A stretch of DNA of 64,000 nt from a virus. The notes beneath the pieces are model-generated. The model was given only the letters and a program-made list of their open reading frames with translations. It was not told the DNA's origin and ran no database searches. The DNA lies in the IMG/VR virus record IMGVR_UViG_3300008111_000003; one strand, 5' to 3'. Positions 32,052-40,920 of this stretch are shown in pieces. The position numbers and the translations under genes were made by a program. Every line of letters begins with the position of its first letter. The first letter of the stretch is position 1.

Positions 32052-32505
32052 ATTTTTCGTATATTCTTTTCATTAAACTTACGGCCACTCTTTCGGCATT
32101 TTCAGCATCATCACAAAATAACACATGAATATTATAGTTTAGTTGAGCTTCTAATAAACACTTGATTATATAGTTTCCACTAATACGCAATTTATCCCAC
32201 ATCTTTTTGGGAACATCACTGCCCACAGGAAACTGATAAATTTCATCTATGCTAAATTCCATAATCATGAAACTGTGTGGAATACGTCCCAGTCGCTCTA
32301 ATACATCTTTGAATCGATTTTCGCTTAAATTATTAGCAATTTCGCTCACGCTGCGCTTGCGCTCTATGGTAAACAAACTTTCGTATCCTTCCATACTATA
32401 ATCACCCGTGTCCAATTTTCTTTTAGCCGTATTATGGAAACCAAATTCCCACGGAGTTTGTTCTCGCGTATCAACAATTATGGTAAAAGGATCATGATTT
32501 TTCAT
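32032..32505 (-). CDS. ERCC4/XPF-type nuclease
   Basis: VDTRE...GDYS...IERK motifs. Confidence 0.85.
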   Translation of the reverse strand: MKNHDPFTIIVDTREQTPWEFGFHNTAKRKLDTGDYSMEGYESLFTIERKRSVSEIANNLSENRFKDVLERLGRIPHSFMIMEFSIDEIYQFPVGSDVPKKMWDKLRISGNYIIKCLLEAQLNYNIHVLFCDDAENAERVAVSLMKRIYEKYGKPNI

Positions 32506-32519
32506 TATTTTTTCTCAAT

Positions 32520-33218
32520 CTATTTTTTTTGAAAATGAATAAATTGATCGAATTGAACTTTTGTATTAAGTTTTTTCCCATACATTTTATGAAATGTCAT
32601 ATGGCAGCCGTTTCGATGTCCACAAAGAGTAACAGCGTTATTGGGATCAAATCTTCCTTGAGGATACCAATGCCAGCCATTAAGATGATGAGCGTTAAGT
32701 TTTTTAGTACTGCCACAAATAATACACTTATAATTATCTCTTTGAAAAACTTGTTTAGCAAATGTCTTGTATTCTGTTGAGTCTCTTCTGTTGTATCTAT
32801 CACTAAGAGGATTATAATTGTGATGCTGCTCTCCTTTTGGTCTAGAGCATTTACCACAACTATTAATATCTCCTCGTAATAGAAGATCTTGTAGATAGCT
32901 TTTTTCTACTCCACATTCACATCTACCTATCCATTTAGGACGTTTACGACCATATCTAAAATCATATCCATCATTTTTTATAATAGTAATTTTTCCAAAT
33001 TTTCTATCAAGTAAATTAGTTTGATTACATTTCTGACATTTTTTCAATTTTGATAGATCATTAGCAGCTACGATTCTACGTTTTTTACATTTTTTACATT
33101 CTAAAATATAGTGCAAATGAACACCGTTCATATTTGAACGAAGTCTAGATTCGTCTAGATCAATTACTATCCAATCTCCATATTCTTCATTAATTCTACG
33201 ATTATAGTTTTTATTCAT
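32520..33218 (-). CDS. HNH endonuclease with zinc-ribbon repeats
   Basis: RDNYKCIICG...AHH...NAVTLC...CH; CECG...SCG repeats. Confidence 0.85.
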   Translation of the reverse strand: MNKNYNRRINEEYGDWIVIDLDESRLRSNMNGVHLHYILECKKCKKRRIVAANDLSKLKKCQKCNQTNLLDRKFGKITIIKNDGYDFRYGRKRPKWIGRCECGVEKSYLQDLLLRGDINSCGKCSRPKGEQHHNYNPLSDRYNRRDSTEYKTFAKQVFQRDNYKCIICGSTKKLNAHHLNGWHWYPQGRFDPNNAVTLCGHRNGCHMTFHKMYGKKLNTKVQFDQFIHFQKK

Positions 33219-34026
33219 TAGAATGGTTCTCTAGTGCTTCTGGATTGAGTATGGGAATATCCACATTTTTATCTGCAAAATTATGATATTCATATAATTT
33301 ACTTTTAGCTTTGTCTGTGGCTAATGCTAGTATTTCCATTTCGCGCCCCTCTTTTTCTCTTATGGCCTCGTCCTCTAGCATTCTTATCAAACCCACCCAG
33401 CTACTTTTTCCATCTTCTATTCTTTTGATTCTTTGCTCTCTGGTGGCCTTAAGATCTTTGCTAATTTTTTGTTGTTCGTTGAGCAGCTTGGTATATTCGT
33501 TTGTGTAACTAGCTATACTATTTCGGGCAAAACTAAGTTGAGTTTCCAGGTTGGCCAATTTCGGGACATCTCTTTGGTCTTCGGGCTTTTCATATTCTTT
33601 GTCAACTAATTTTTGAAGTTTTTCAGTTTCGCTAATGTGGCGTTTTCGCTCTTTCATGCTTCGATTAATAAGAATATCAATAGTTATAAATTGTTTGATC
33701 TGAAGTTCTTCAGCGGGCAAAACGTCCTCTCTAAATTGTTTGATTAGTCCCACCCAAGTATCCTCAAAGTATTCTAATTCGCCGCTATCACTATCAAATT
33801 GTCGTAGTATCTCGTTCCAGAAAGTTTTACTATGCAACTTGCGTTTTAGATTTTCGTTTTCATTTTTATCTTCGCTGCTAAATAACTTTTCTTCATCAAT
33901 ATATCTTTTAACAGGATCGATATTTCTATTTAATTGATCCGCTATATTTTGTATGGATAGTGTGTTTATATTATCTCTTATAAACTTTTCTTCGTCTAAA
34001 CTAAGCTGACCTCTTTTCTTAGCCAT
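33211..34026 (-). CDS. HTH plus coiled-coil protein (candidate terminase small subunit)
   Basis: N-terminal HTH (EEKFIRDNINTLSIQNIADQLNR); long coiled coil; upstream of terL. Confidence 0.45.
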   Translation of the reverse strand: MAKKRGQLSLDEEKFIRDNINTLSIQNIADQLNRNIDPVKRYIDEEKLFSSEDKNENENLKRKLHSKTFWNEILRQFDSDSGELEYFEDTWVGLIKQFREDVLPAEELQIKQFITIDILINRSMKERKRHISETEKLQKLVDKEYEKPEDQRDVPKLANLETQLSFARNSIASYTNEYTKLLNEQQKISKDLKATREQRIKRIEDGKSSWVGLIRMLEDEAIREKEGREMEILALATDKAKSKLYEYHNFADKNVDIPILNPEALENHSNE

Positions 34027-34624
34027 CTTTGTTTATTATCTCCCTTAATTTAGCTGTTAATTTATCCATATCGCTTTTGTGAACTTTTATGCCGCTTTTA
34101 ACTTTGAGATAAATTGTGCGATATTCGCCATTAAGATTGTTTTCTACTAGTTCTAGAATTTCTTTGGTCATAATATTATCAGCTAATAAATCATCGTTAC
34201 TACAAAAATCTTTTGTATCTTCTATGTTGGTAAGATGCATCAGATTCTTTTTAGTATTATTTCTGTTTATCCAACTTTCGTATAATGAACAATCATTTTT
34301 GTTAGAGTACTGTTCACATTCGCTGTTGCTCTTTTTACAGTGAGGGTCGTATAGGGGGCAAGTTAAGCATGGTTTATTGGGTCTTTGATAGTTATCTCTC
34401 TTATAGTTAAAGAGTCTATTTCTAACGTGGGTCCATAAGAAATTTTCTAGTGGCCTAGAGTGATCATAATTTTTAAGACCCTCAAGAGCAAAAATACTAA
34501 TCTGTTGCTTCATATCATCATAATCATGATATCCAAATTTAAACTTATATGCTAATTTTTTGCTAATAATGTCTAGTACTCTTAAGAATTCATTTTCATC
34601 AATCGTCTTCTTTTTTTTCTTCAT
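34019..34624 (-). CDS. Sigma70-family (ECF-like) sigma factor with Cys-rich insert
   Basis: Region-2-like DDMKQQ..IFALEGLKNYDHSRPLENFLWTHVRNRLFNYKR; CLTCP..HC..C..C insert; truncated region 4. Confidence 0.7.
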   Translation of the reverse strand: MKKKKKTIDENEFLRVLDIISKKLAYKFKFGYHDYDDMKQQISIFALEGLKNYDHSRPLENFLWTHVRNRLFNYKRDNYQRPNKPCLTCPLYDPHCKKSNSECEQYSNKNDCSLYESWINRNNTKKNLMHLTNIEDTKDFCSNDDLLADNIMTKEILELVENNLNGEYRTIYLKVKSGIKVHKSDMDKLTAKLREIINKDG

Positions 34625-34736
34625 TTAATAGTTCGGCTATGGTTTTGGAACCTTCTTGTTTAAGATCTTCGCTAACATCCAAGTTGTTTGATGCAGTAAC
34701 GTGAAGTATGCTGGGGGAAATTTGGTCAATATTCAT
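34599..34736 (-). CDS. Small hypothetical protein (45 aa)
   Basis: MNIDQISPSILHVTAS...; AGAGG RBS; below the ORF-track cutoff. Confidence 0.5.
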   Translation of the reverse strand: MNIDQISPSILHVTASNNLDVSEDLKQEGSKTIAELLNEEKKEDD

Positions 34737-34816
34737 AATAACCTCTTGCTTTTAAAAAGACCAACTCTACTATATATTATGTTTTGTACACTTTTTGTCA
34801 AATAAGGAAACTATTT

Positions 34817-35017
34817 ATGGCAACTTATAAAAAATGGAACGATGCGGAACTTCAGTTTATACGGGATAATATCAATTCTTTTAGTGATTTGGAGTTGGCC
34901 AAAAAACTAAGCGAAATGACGGGCGAAAATGTTACTTATGGTATGGTTCGTCGTCAACGACGCAAGCTGGGTGTGAACAAGCCAAGAGGTCGTCGCAAAA
35001 AATCAAGCGCTGTTTGA
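34817..35017 (+). CDS. Small HTH DNA-binding protein (Myb/GcrA-like)
   Basis: AAGGA RBS; KWNDAELQFIRDN...ELAKKL...VRRQRRKLGV; basic tail. Confidence 0.7.
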   Translation: MATYKKWNDAELQFIRDNINSFSDLELAKKLSEMTGENVTYGMVRRQRRKLGVNKPRGRRKKSSAV

Positions 35018-35043
35018 GTCATTTTAAAAGATTCGTGGTACTA

Positions 35044-35078
35044 AAGGGGCAAGCTTCACAGAGGCTTGCTCTTTTTTA
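35044..35078 (+). terminator. Intrinsic terminator
   Basis: GGGGCAAGCTTC-ACA-GAGGCTTGCTCT followed by a T-run. Confidence 0.75.
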
Positions 35079-35339
35079 TAGATAGTGGCTAATAAACTGG
35101 CCAATTCTATATGGGATGGCTTATTGTTTTTAGACCACCGCCGCCGCCGCGGCCACAATCCCCACTATTGGGGGGAAACAGAAAAACCCCATCGGCCACA
35201 CAAGCAAATAGCATACCAAAAAACTCGAGCGATGAAATTTTCCCCACTATCATTTTCCCTATTTTTTTTTCTTGCAATTGCCGATACCTATGATAGACTT
35301 GTGGCAGAACGAAACGAAACCTTAGCAGGAGAAACAAAA

Positions 35340-35573
35340 ATGTATATGACTATCCAGGCCGTTCCGGGAATGTATTTCAGTGCCATCCGCAACCGGGACG
35401 ATAAAGTTTTTACGGGTGAAATTGCCAAGGTTCAACATATGGGGGATAAGGGGAGAATGATCGTTGTGAAATTGCAAGACACTAGCAAGTATGCTACCGT
35501 GTACCTTGACGAGTGCTATGATTATGCTTGGAGTGACTTTCCCCTTCCCGCACTTGTCGGCCGTGGGGAGTGA
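35340..35573 (+). CDS. Hypothetical protein (SH3-like beta barrel?)
   Basis: ATG 35340 after AGGAG and the promoter at 35272. Confidence 0.6.
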   Translation: MYMTIQAVPGMYFSAIRNRDDKVFTGEIAKVQHMGDKGRMIVVKLQDTSKYATVYLDECYDYAWSDFPLPALVGRGE

Positions 35574-36029
35574 CCAAAAGTATAGACCGACGTTTTTCGG
35601 GACGCTTTGACCCTCCCCCCTATGGGGGTAGAAAGTTTATCATGCGACACTATCTTAGCCTTTACTGTTTCGATGACGTTTTTTCGTCCGCGGTCGCGGA
35701 TGGTATGGATACTTGGGATGCAATCTGGTACACTCTAAACTATTTACCATAAGGAAAACTGTAGTACCCAAACCGCACGATTCGAGCCTGCCATAATGGC
35801 AGACTAGCAAATATCGTGCCAAATGCCAAAATGACAGATTAACTGCCAAAATGGCAGATGGAGCGGGCCAACTGCCAAAATGGCAGATGTAGCAAATCTT
35901 GTGCCAAATATCCTGCCAAATTGGCATAGCAAATATCGTGCCAAAGAAAAATATTTTTTCCCTTATTTTTTTTGTTTGCAATTGCCGATAAGGTATGTAT
36001 AACAGGAGTAAAGAAAGAGAGAAAGAAAA

Positions 36030-36257
36030 ATGGAAAACTCCACGAACGTCAACAGTTTTATCGGTAGCCTCCCGCGTCTGGAGAAAAAGAAGGTTTGGAA
36101 TGTAATCGACAAGGATGGTAACGTGGTTCAAGGTGTGAGTGCCACCGATAATCGCAAGAGTACGGCAGCCGAGTACATTGCCAAAAAGTATCCGGGCATG
36201 TACTTTACGCTTATGTTCTCACACTGTAAGAATGAAAGGGTCGCCGTTAGTCGGTGA
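36030..36257 (+). CDS. Hypothetical protein
   Basis: Follows the promoter at 35976; purine-rich leader. Confidence 0.65.
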   Translation: MENSTNVNSFIGSLPRLEKKKVWNVIDKDGNVVQGVSATDNRKSTAAEYIAKKYPGMYFTLMFSHCKNERVAVSR

Positions 36258-36265
36258 ATAGTAAC

Positions 36266-36415
36266 ATGACAATTCAAGTCCAAAATACGCTTAGTCGATT
36301 GGTCGCCCGTCATGGATATTCGGCTACGTTTGTTCGACACTTGGGCGAAGGTATAAGTCTGTATAGTATCGGCGGTATTATGTATCGTATTCGTGGTGAT
36401 GGTAATATCATTTAG
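36266..36415 (+). CDS. Small hypothetical protein (49 aa)
   Basis: MTIQVQNTLSRL...; fills the operon gap. Confidence 0.5.
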   Translation: MTIQVQNTLSRLVARHGYSATFVRHLGEGISLYSIGGIMYRIRGDGNII

Positions 36416-36429
36416 TAAAAGGAATAGAA

Positions 36430-36657
36430 ATGAAACTTTCGCAACTCATCAAGACCCTGCAAGCCGCACAAAATCGCCTTGGCGATGTGCCTGTAAATCT
36501 CATGGATGAGGAAGCCGGTAGGTGGCATCCCGTTGCGGAAGTGGTGAAACTCCACCCGTACACTGGGCCGCATGGCTGTGCGAATCGCGACGAGCCAGCG
36601 AACGCCGTCGGGCTTCATAGGCTCGGAGGAAGCCCCAGCGACTTGGTGATTGGCTAA
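36430..36657 (+). CDS. Hypothetical protein
   Basis: AAGGA RBS; MKLSQLIKTLQ...GDVPV common phage N-terminus. Confidence 0.65.
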   Translation: MKLSQLIKTLQAAQNRLGDVPVNLMDEEAGRWHPVAEVVKLHPYTGPHGCANRDEPANAVGLHRLGGSPSDLVIG

Positions 36658-36767
36658 CGTACTATCGTGCCGATTGCTTGTTGCATTGCAAATGCTGAAA
36701 GAATTAGGATATTTGCCAGAGTATGATAGACTGATCGAGAAGTTTATTACAGAAAAGGAATAGTAAC

Positions 36768-37013
36768 ATGATTCTTTCTGGTATGGTTGTGGATAGTAAG
36801 GTGCCGGTTTATAGTTATGATTGGCTTTGCCAAAAGATGATGGATAGGGGGCGTGTTGCAATCGTGCTACATGATCCACAGGGGGCTATCATTCGTGGTA
36901 TTATAAATGGCATTCGGCCCGAGGATGGTAGCGGACGACACTGGCTTGTTACTATTTGTGATAACAGTGTTATGCCGAGTGTTACTAATGAAGTATATGT
37001 TAGAACAGCATAG
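36768..37013 (+). CDS. Hypothetical protein
   Basis: AAAGGA RBS. Confidence 0.6.
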   Translation: MILSGMVVDSKVPVYSYDWLCQKMMDRGRVAIVLHDPQGAIIRGIINGIRPEDGSGRHWLVTICDNSVMPSVTNEVYVRTA

Positions 37014-37286
37014 TAATATTACTGTAACAGCCGATCCTATCGGCTGACATAATGGCAGTAGCCAGCCAAAACGGCAGCCAAGCTGCCAAAATGGCAGGCG
37101 CCGCGCGCCAACTGCCAAAATGGCAGGCGCTGCAAATTTCATGCCAAAAATAAAATATTTTTTCGGCACACTTTTTGCACGAGCAAATCCTATGCCAAAA
37201 ATAATCTTTTTCCCTCTAATTTTTTCCAGTTGACATTGCCGATACTAAATGTAGACTTAGGGAAAGAAAGCAAGAGGAGAAAGAAA

Positions 37287-37436
37287 ATGCAAAACGATAT
37301 TCTTATTGTTTCGGATTGCTGCGGAGAAATGATGACCCCGATTTGTGCAGAACAGGGAGTTTGTCCGCGGTGCGGAGAGCATTGTGAGGCTGAAATAGAG
37401 GTTTGGCCAATTCCCGAATGGGGGGTTGATTATTAG
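37287..37436 (+). CDS. Small zinc-finger protein
   Basis: SDCCG...CPRCGEHC; GAGGAG RBS; follows the promoter at 37230. Confidence 0.65.
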   Translation: MQNDILIVSDCCGEMMTPICAEQGVCPRCGEHCEAEIEVWPIPEWGVDY

Positions 37437-37478
37437 TCTCTAGTCCCTATAATCCCGGTATCCTTTGGAGAAAAAGTC

Positions 37479-37856
37479 ATGGCAAAGTATAAGATCATCG
37501 AAGATGCAAAGCGTCAAGTCAGAAAGTGTTTCTTGGGGATTGCCGTCCCGATGCTCGTTGAGATTCCCGATGATAGGGTGATTGAGGACGAGGACGCATA
37601 CTACGTTTATAGTGTGGACGGTGCGAAGCGACACCTTGTAACCGAAAAGGTTCTCAAGTTCAACCGCAAGAGTCTTTCCCGTATGGGCAAGAGTATCAAG
37701 TCTAAGACCGATCCTCGATATAACGGTGGCGAGGATACTATGATCGTAAAGGTGGGCAAGCCCGGTAGTGCCGAACGCAAGGCAGCACTGGCCGAACAGT
37801 ATGCTGCGATTCTTGCCAGCGGCGAGGAAGTTTCCCCCTTTGGGTGGGAGGGATGA
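37479..37856 (+). CDS. Hypothetical protein
   Basis: GGAG RBS; 125 aa. Confidence 0.7.
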   Translation: MAKYKIIEDAKRQVRKCFLGIAVPMLVEIPDDRVIEDEDAYYVYSVDGAKRHLVTEKVLKFNRKSLSRMGKSIKSKTDPRYNGGEDTMIVKVGKPGSAERKAALAEQYAAILASGEEVSPFGWEG

Positions 37857-38014
37857 AATAAACGCCACCCCCACTACGGTAGGGGAACTGCCAAAATGGC
37901 AGGCGGCGCGCCCGGCCTGCCAAAATGGCAGAGGAAAATTTCTCCACTATTTTTTCCGTTTGACATTCAAGGTTCGGAGTGTAGAATACCGATATAAGAA
38001 GTAAGGAGAGAACA

Positions 38015-38158
38015 ATGTACGAGATGATGTGGAAGATGTTTCAGAATGGCACGATCACTCAAGAGGGATGGATCACTTTCTGCAAGTGGTATATGTGGGA
38101 GTGTGTGATGGTTCAGCCCGAAGTGGTTGAGATTATGGTTCGGATGAAGTATAACTAA
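38015..38158 (+). CDS. Small hypothetical protein (47 aa)
   Basis: AAGGAG RBS after the promoter at 37960. Confidence 0.55.
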   Translation: MYEMMWKMFQNGTITQEGWITFCKWYMWECVMVQPEVVEIMVRMKYN

Positions 38159-38175
38159 AGAAAAAGGAAAAGAAG

Positions 38176-38484
38176 ATGACTCACGCCGAAGCGGTCAAGA
38201 TGGTACAGGGTAAGCGTAATCGTAGTAATCGTAAGATTGGTAATAATACTTGGGCTTATATTCTGCCCAATAATAGTGTGGTGATCGAACTACATAGTAC
38301 GCCCGTTGTAACTATTCATGAGGATGGCACCTATACCCTTCGTTCGGGGGGATGGACAACCAGCACCACAAAGGATAGAATTAACAAGTATAGTCCCGTC
38401 AAGGTGTACCAGCGTAAGTTTGAATGGTTCGTTCGGTTGAATGGTAAGGATTATCCTTTCATGGAAGGTATGGTGGTTTCATGA
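38176..38484 (+). CDS. Conserved-type phage hypothetical protein
   Basis: GGWTTSTTKDRIN motif; RBS. Confidence 0.7.
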   Translation: MTHAEAVKMVQGKRNRSNRKIGNNTWAYILPNNSVVIELHSTPVVTIHEDGTYTLRSGGWTTSTTKDRINKYSPVKVYQRKFEWFVRLNGKDYPFMEGMVVS

Positions 38485-39002
38485 TTCCTGTTTATCTTTT
38501 TTGTATGCTTATGTTTGTAATTTTTGCCGGATTTGTTATGGCCATTTTAGGTATCGCAGAAGATGCCTATAATGAGCGGCAAAAGTTTACAAAGATTGAT
38601 TATGAAAGCGAAGTTCAAAAATTGCTGAAAGAAAAATTCTAAAGAAAGGGGCCAAGGATGGTCGATAATAACTGGGTACTAATGGGTGTGGGATTTATTG
38701 TTGGTGTTGTTTGTGTTTATAGTGTTTGTGATCTTATTTTTCCAGTAAGGAAAGAATAATGAGTCTTACTATTGGCGACAAGGTTTTACTTAGTGTTTCT
38801 TTCATTTTTGGTTGCGTTGTTGCTTGGGTTGTAAATATGTAACAAAAGGCTGCCTGCCAAAATGGCAGGGGCCGCGGCCAATCTGCCAAAATGGCAGGCT
38901 AGCAAATAGTGTGCCAAAGAAATTCTTTTTTTCGACTAATTTTTTCTAGTTGACAAACCGATAACGTATGGTAGAACAGTAGCATACAAGGGAGAAAAAA
39001 CC

Positions 39003-39176
39003 ATGCTGAAAGATTTTGATAGCGTGAACATGATTCTTGCTTCTATGCGTGATGAGGGTATGATCGAGCCTATCGACGATCCTGCTATGGCTGTTGACTT
39101 TTGGGATTGGGCCGATATCATCGGCATTGTGGACGAAGTTGTTCCTAGTGAGCCCTTTTGGGCAAACGCTAACTGA
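39003..39176 (+). CDS. Small acidic protein (57 aa)
   Basis: AAGGGAG RBS after the promoter at 38950. Confidence 0.6.
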   Translation: MLKDFDSVNMILASMRDEGMIEPIDDPAMAVDFWDWADIIGIVDEVVPSEPFWANAN

Positions 39177-39187
39177 AAGGAAAAGTC

Positions 39188-39400
39188 ATGAGTCACCCCG
39201 ATTACCTTTATGACGATTATGATGATTTCCACGAGGATGATATGGAACTGTACGATCACGAGGATGAATTTGATGATTTTGAGGACGATGATAGTATGGA
39301 TGGCGATGCTGAATCTTCGTTCGGCTCTTGTGGATGGGGTGTTGACGAGTACTACAATAGCGACACGCCAATGTATGATGATTACTATGGCGGAGAATAA
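39188..39400 (+). CDS. Extremely acidic small protein
   Basis: Asp/Glu/Tyr-rich with no Lys or Arg; AAGGA RBS. Confidence 0.7.
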   Translation: MSHPDYLYDDYDDFHEDDMELYDHEDEFDDFEDDDSMDGDAESSFGSCGWGVDEYYNSDTPMYDDYYGGE

Positions 39401-39526
39401 CTAAAGACCATAAGTCCTGCCAAAATGGCAGGCCGGCCGCGAAAACTGCCAAATTGGCATAATGTTTTACCTCTTGACAAGCCGATATTCTACTGTAGAA
39501 TCAGAACATAACCCGAGGAAAAGAAA

Positions 39527-39772
39527 ATGACCTACAACGGCTTCAAGAATTATGAGACTTGGAATGTGGTTCTTTGGATCAATAATGATGAGGGTTTGTA
39601 TAATCTTGCTAGACAGTGTTCCTCATACGATGAATTTATTGATTGTATGAAAGATTTGGGCGGTGATATTGGCTACGAAACCCCGGACAATGTTGCGTGG
39701 AATGATAGTGGTATCGACCGCGATGCTATCAATGCGGATTGGGTTCAAGATTTTGTTGAAGATGCCGCTTGA
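39527..39772 (+). CDS. Conserved-type phage protein (YNG..NYETWNV.LWI.NDE family)
   Basis: Recognisable widespread phage motif; GAGGA RBS. Confidence 0.75.
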   Translation: MTYNGFKNYETWNVVLWINNDEGLYNLARQCSSYDEFIDCMKDLGGDIGYETPDNVAWNDSGIDRDAINADWVQDFVEDAA

Positions 39773-39848
39773 CAATTGCCGATCTATACTGTAGACTTTA
39801 GGCATCGGTCGATCATAGAGTATAATCAGAGAAACGAAAGGAACAAAA

Positions 39849-40082
39849 ATGCTTGGCGGATATAGTAAACAGTTTAAATTTGACAATGGCTACGGTGCTA
39901 GCGTTGTTTGTAATAGCATGTCCTATGGTAATAGTGATGGACTTTTTGAGGTTGCCGTTACTAAGGGTGACGATCTGTGTTATACAACGCCCGTTACTAA
40001 CGATGTGGAGGGATTTCTTGATTTTGCTGGAGTTGCTGAGATTCTGGAGAAGATTAAGAAACTTCCTAAAGTTGAGGCTTGA
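39849..40082 (+). CDS. Conserved-type phage protein (F.NGYGASVV family)
   Basis: Motif plus AAGGA RBS. Confidence 0.7.
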   Translation: MLGGYSKQFKFDNGYGASVVCNSMSYGNSDGLFEVAVTKGDDLCYTTPVTNDVEGFLDFAGVAEILEKIKKLPKVEA

Positions 40083-40146
40083 CAAGTGCCGATAAGAGAT
40101 GTATGATTGGTGCATTGAGTGAATCTTCTATACGAAAGGTTTGATT

Positions 40147-40554
40147 ATGAACGATACGATGCTGTTTGCTTCTCTGTTTGCTGGTGTTGCTGGTTTGCTG
40201 GTTGGTTTTGCCGCTTTTCATATCTACTCCGGCTTGCGTGATAATCTGAGCAATGCTAGGGTTGGTAAGGTCTATAATTTTGAGTATCTTCAGCCCGTTA
40301 CTGGAAAGCCCGAGCGTTTCATGGCAAAGGTGCTGGAAGTGCATCGTTTTTCGGAAGATTACATTGCACGACTCAATGCTAAGAGCAACTATCGTCGATA
40401 TGATCCGATGTTCCAGCGTAGTAAGCATCTTATTACCGCACAGACTTGTGATGGTAAGATTCGCAACTTCTATGCGGAGCGTACCCGTAACGTGCGTCGT
40501 CCACTGCTGGGTGGCGTGATGTTCAAGACCGGCTTGGCCAGCCTCCTCTTTTGA
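40147..40554 (+). CDS. Membrane-anchored protein with possible WYL/SH3-like domain
   Basis: N-terminal hydrophobic helix; YNFEY...GKPER...LITAQ..DGKIRNFY..R..NV. Confidence 0.55.
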   Translation: MNDTMLFASLFAGVAGLLVGFAAFHIYSGLRDNLSNARVGKVYNFEYLQPVTGKPERFMAKVLEVHRFSEDYIARLNAKSNYRRYDPMFQRSKHLITAQTCDGKIRNFYAERTRNVRRPLLGGVMFKTGLASLLF

Positions 40555-40686
40555 GGGGGTTCTGGCCCTGCCATCTTGGCAGCCGGGCCGCACGACCTGC
40601 CAAATTGGCAGGAATTTTTTTCTAATTTTCTTCTGTTGACAAACCGATACTAGAGTGTAGAATGAAAGAGTAAGACAAAACAAAAC

Positions 40687-40768
40687 GTGATGCTGGCAAA
40701 GTAGAGGCTACAGCCTAGTTGTCGGGCAAAACCAACCCTCGCCTTTAGGGTAAAGAGACAACCATCAC
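40687..40768 (+). ncRNA. Structured RNA, array unit 1
   Basis: GTGATG/CATCAC closing stem; GTTGTC/GACAAC and AGGC/GCCT helices; starts just after the promoter at 40636-40663. Confidence 0.55.
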
Positions 40769-40777
40769 AAGAACTTT

Positions 40778-40914
40778 CGTGGGTCCATGCCTTGGACTAG
40801 ATAGGGATAAGCCATTATGAAAGCCTCTGCCTGAAAGATTGGTGTGGTTGACAGCGGGCTTATACGCTGTATAGTAATGCCTGTCTATGGGGGATAGCGT
40901 CCTCACCACGACCA
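40778..40914 (+). ncRNA. tRNA-like four-way-junction RNA with pseudoknotted insert, array unit 2
   Basis: CGTGG/CCACG plus ACCA end; homologous to unit 4 with compensatory changes. Confidence 0.7.
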
Positions 40915-40920
40915 ATACAA

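Larger units (their letters stand above)
35204..38916 (-). promoter_or_regulatory. Cluster of sigma54-consensus -24/-12 boxes (TGGYAYR-N4-TTGC)
   Basis: Minus strand at 35204, 35807, 35892, 35929, 37132, 37183, 38902; plus strand at 37164. Confidence 0.6.

Noticed and set aside
250-34343. Many short plus-strand ORFs in the left arm, and minus-strand ORFs in the right arm other than 49226-49768
   Set aside because: Antisense shadows of long genes, without RBS.
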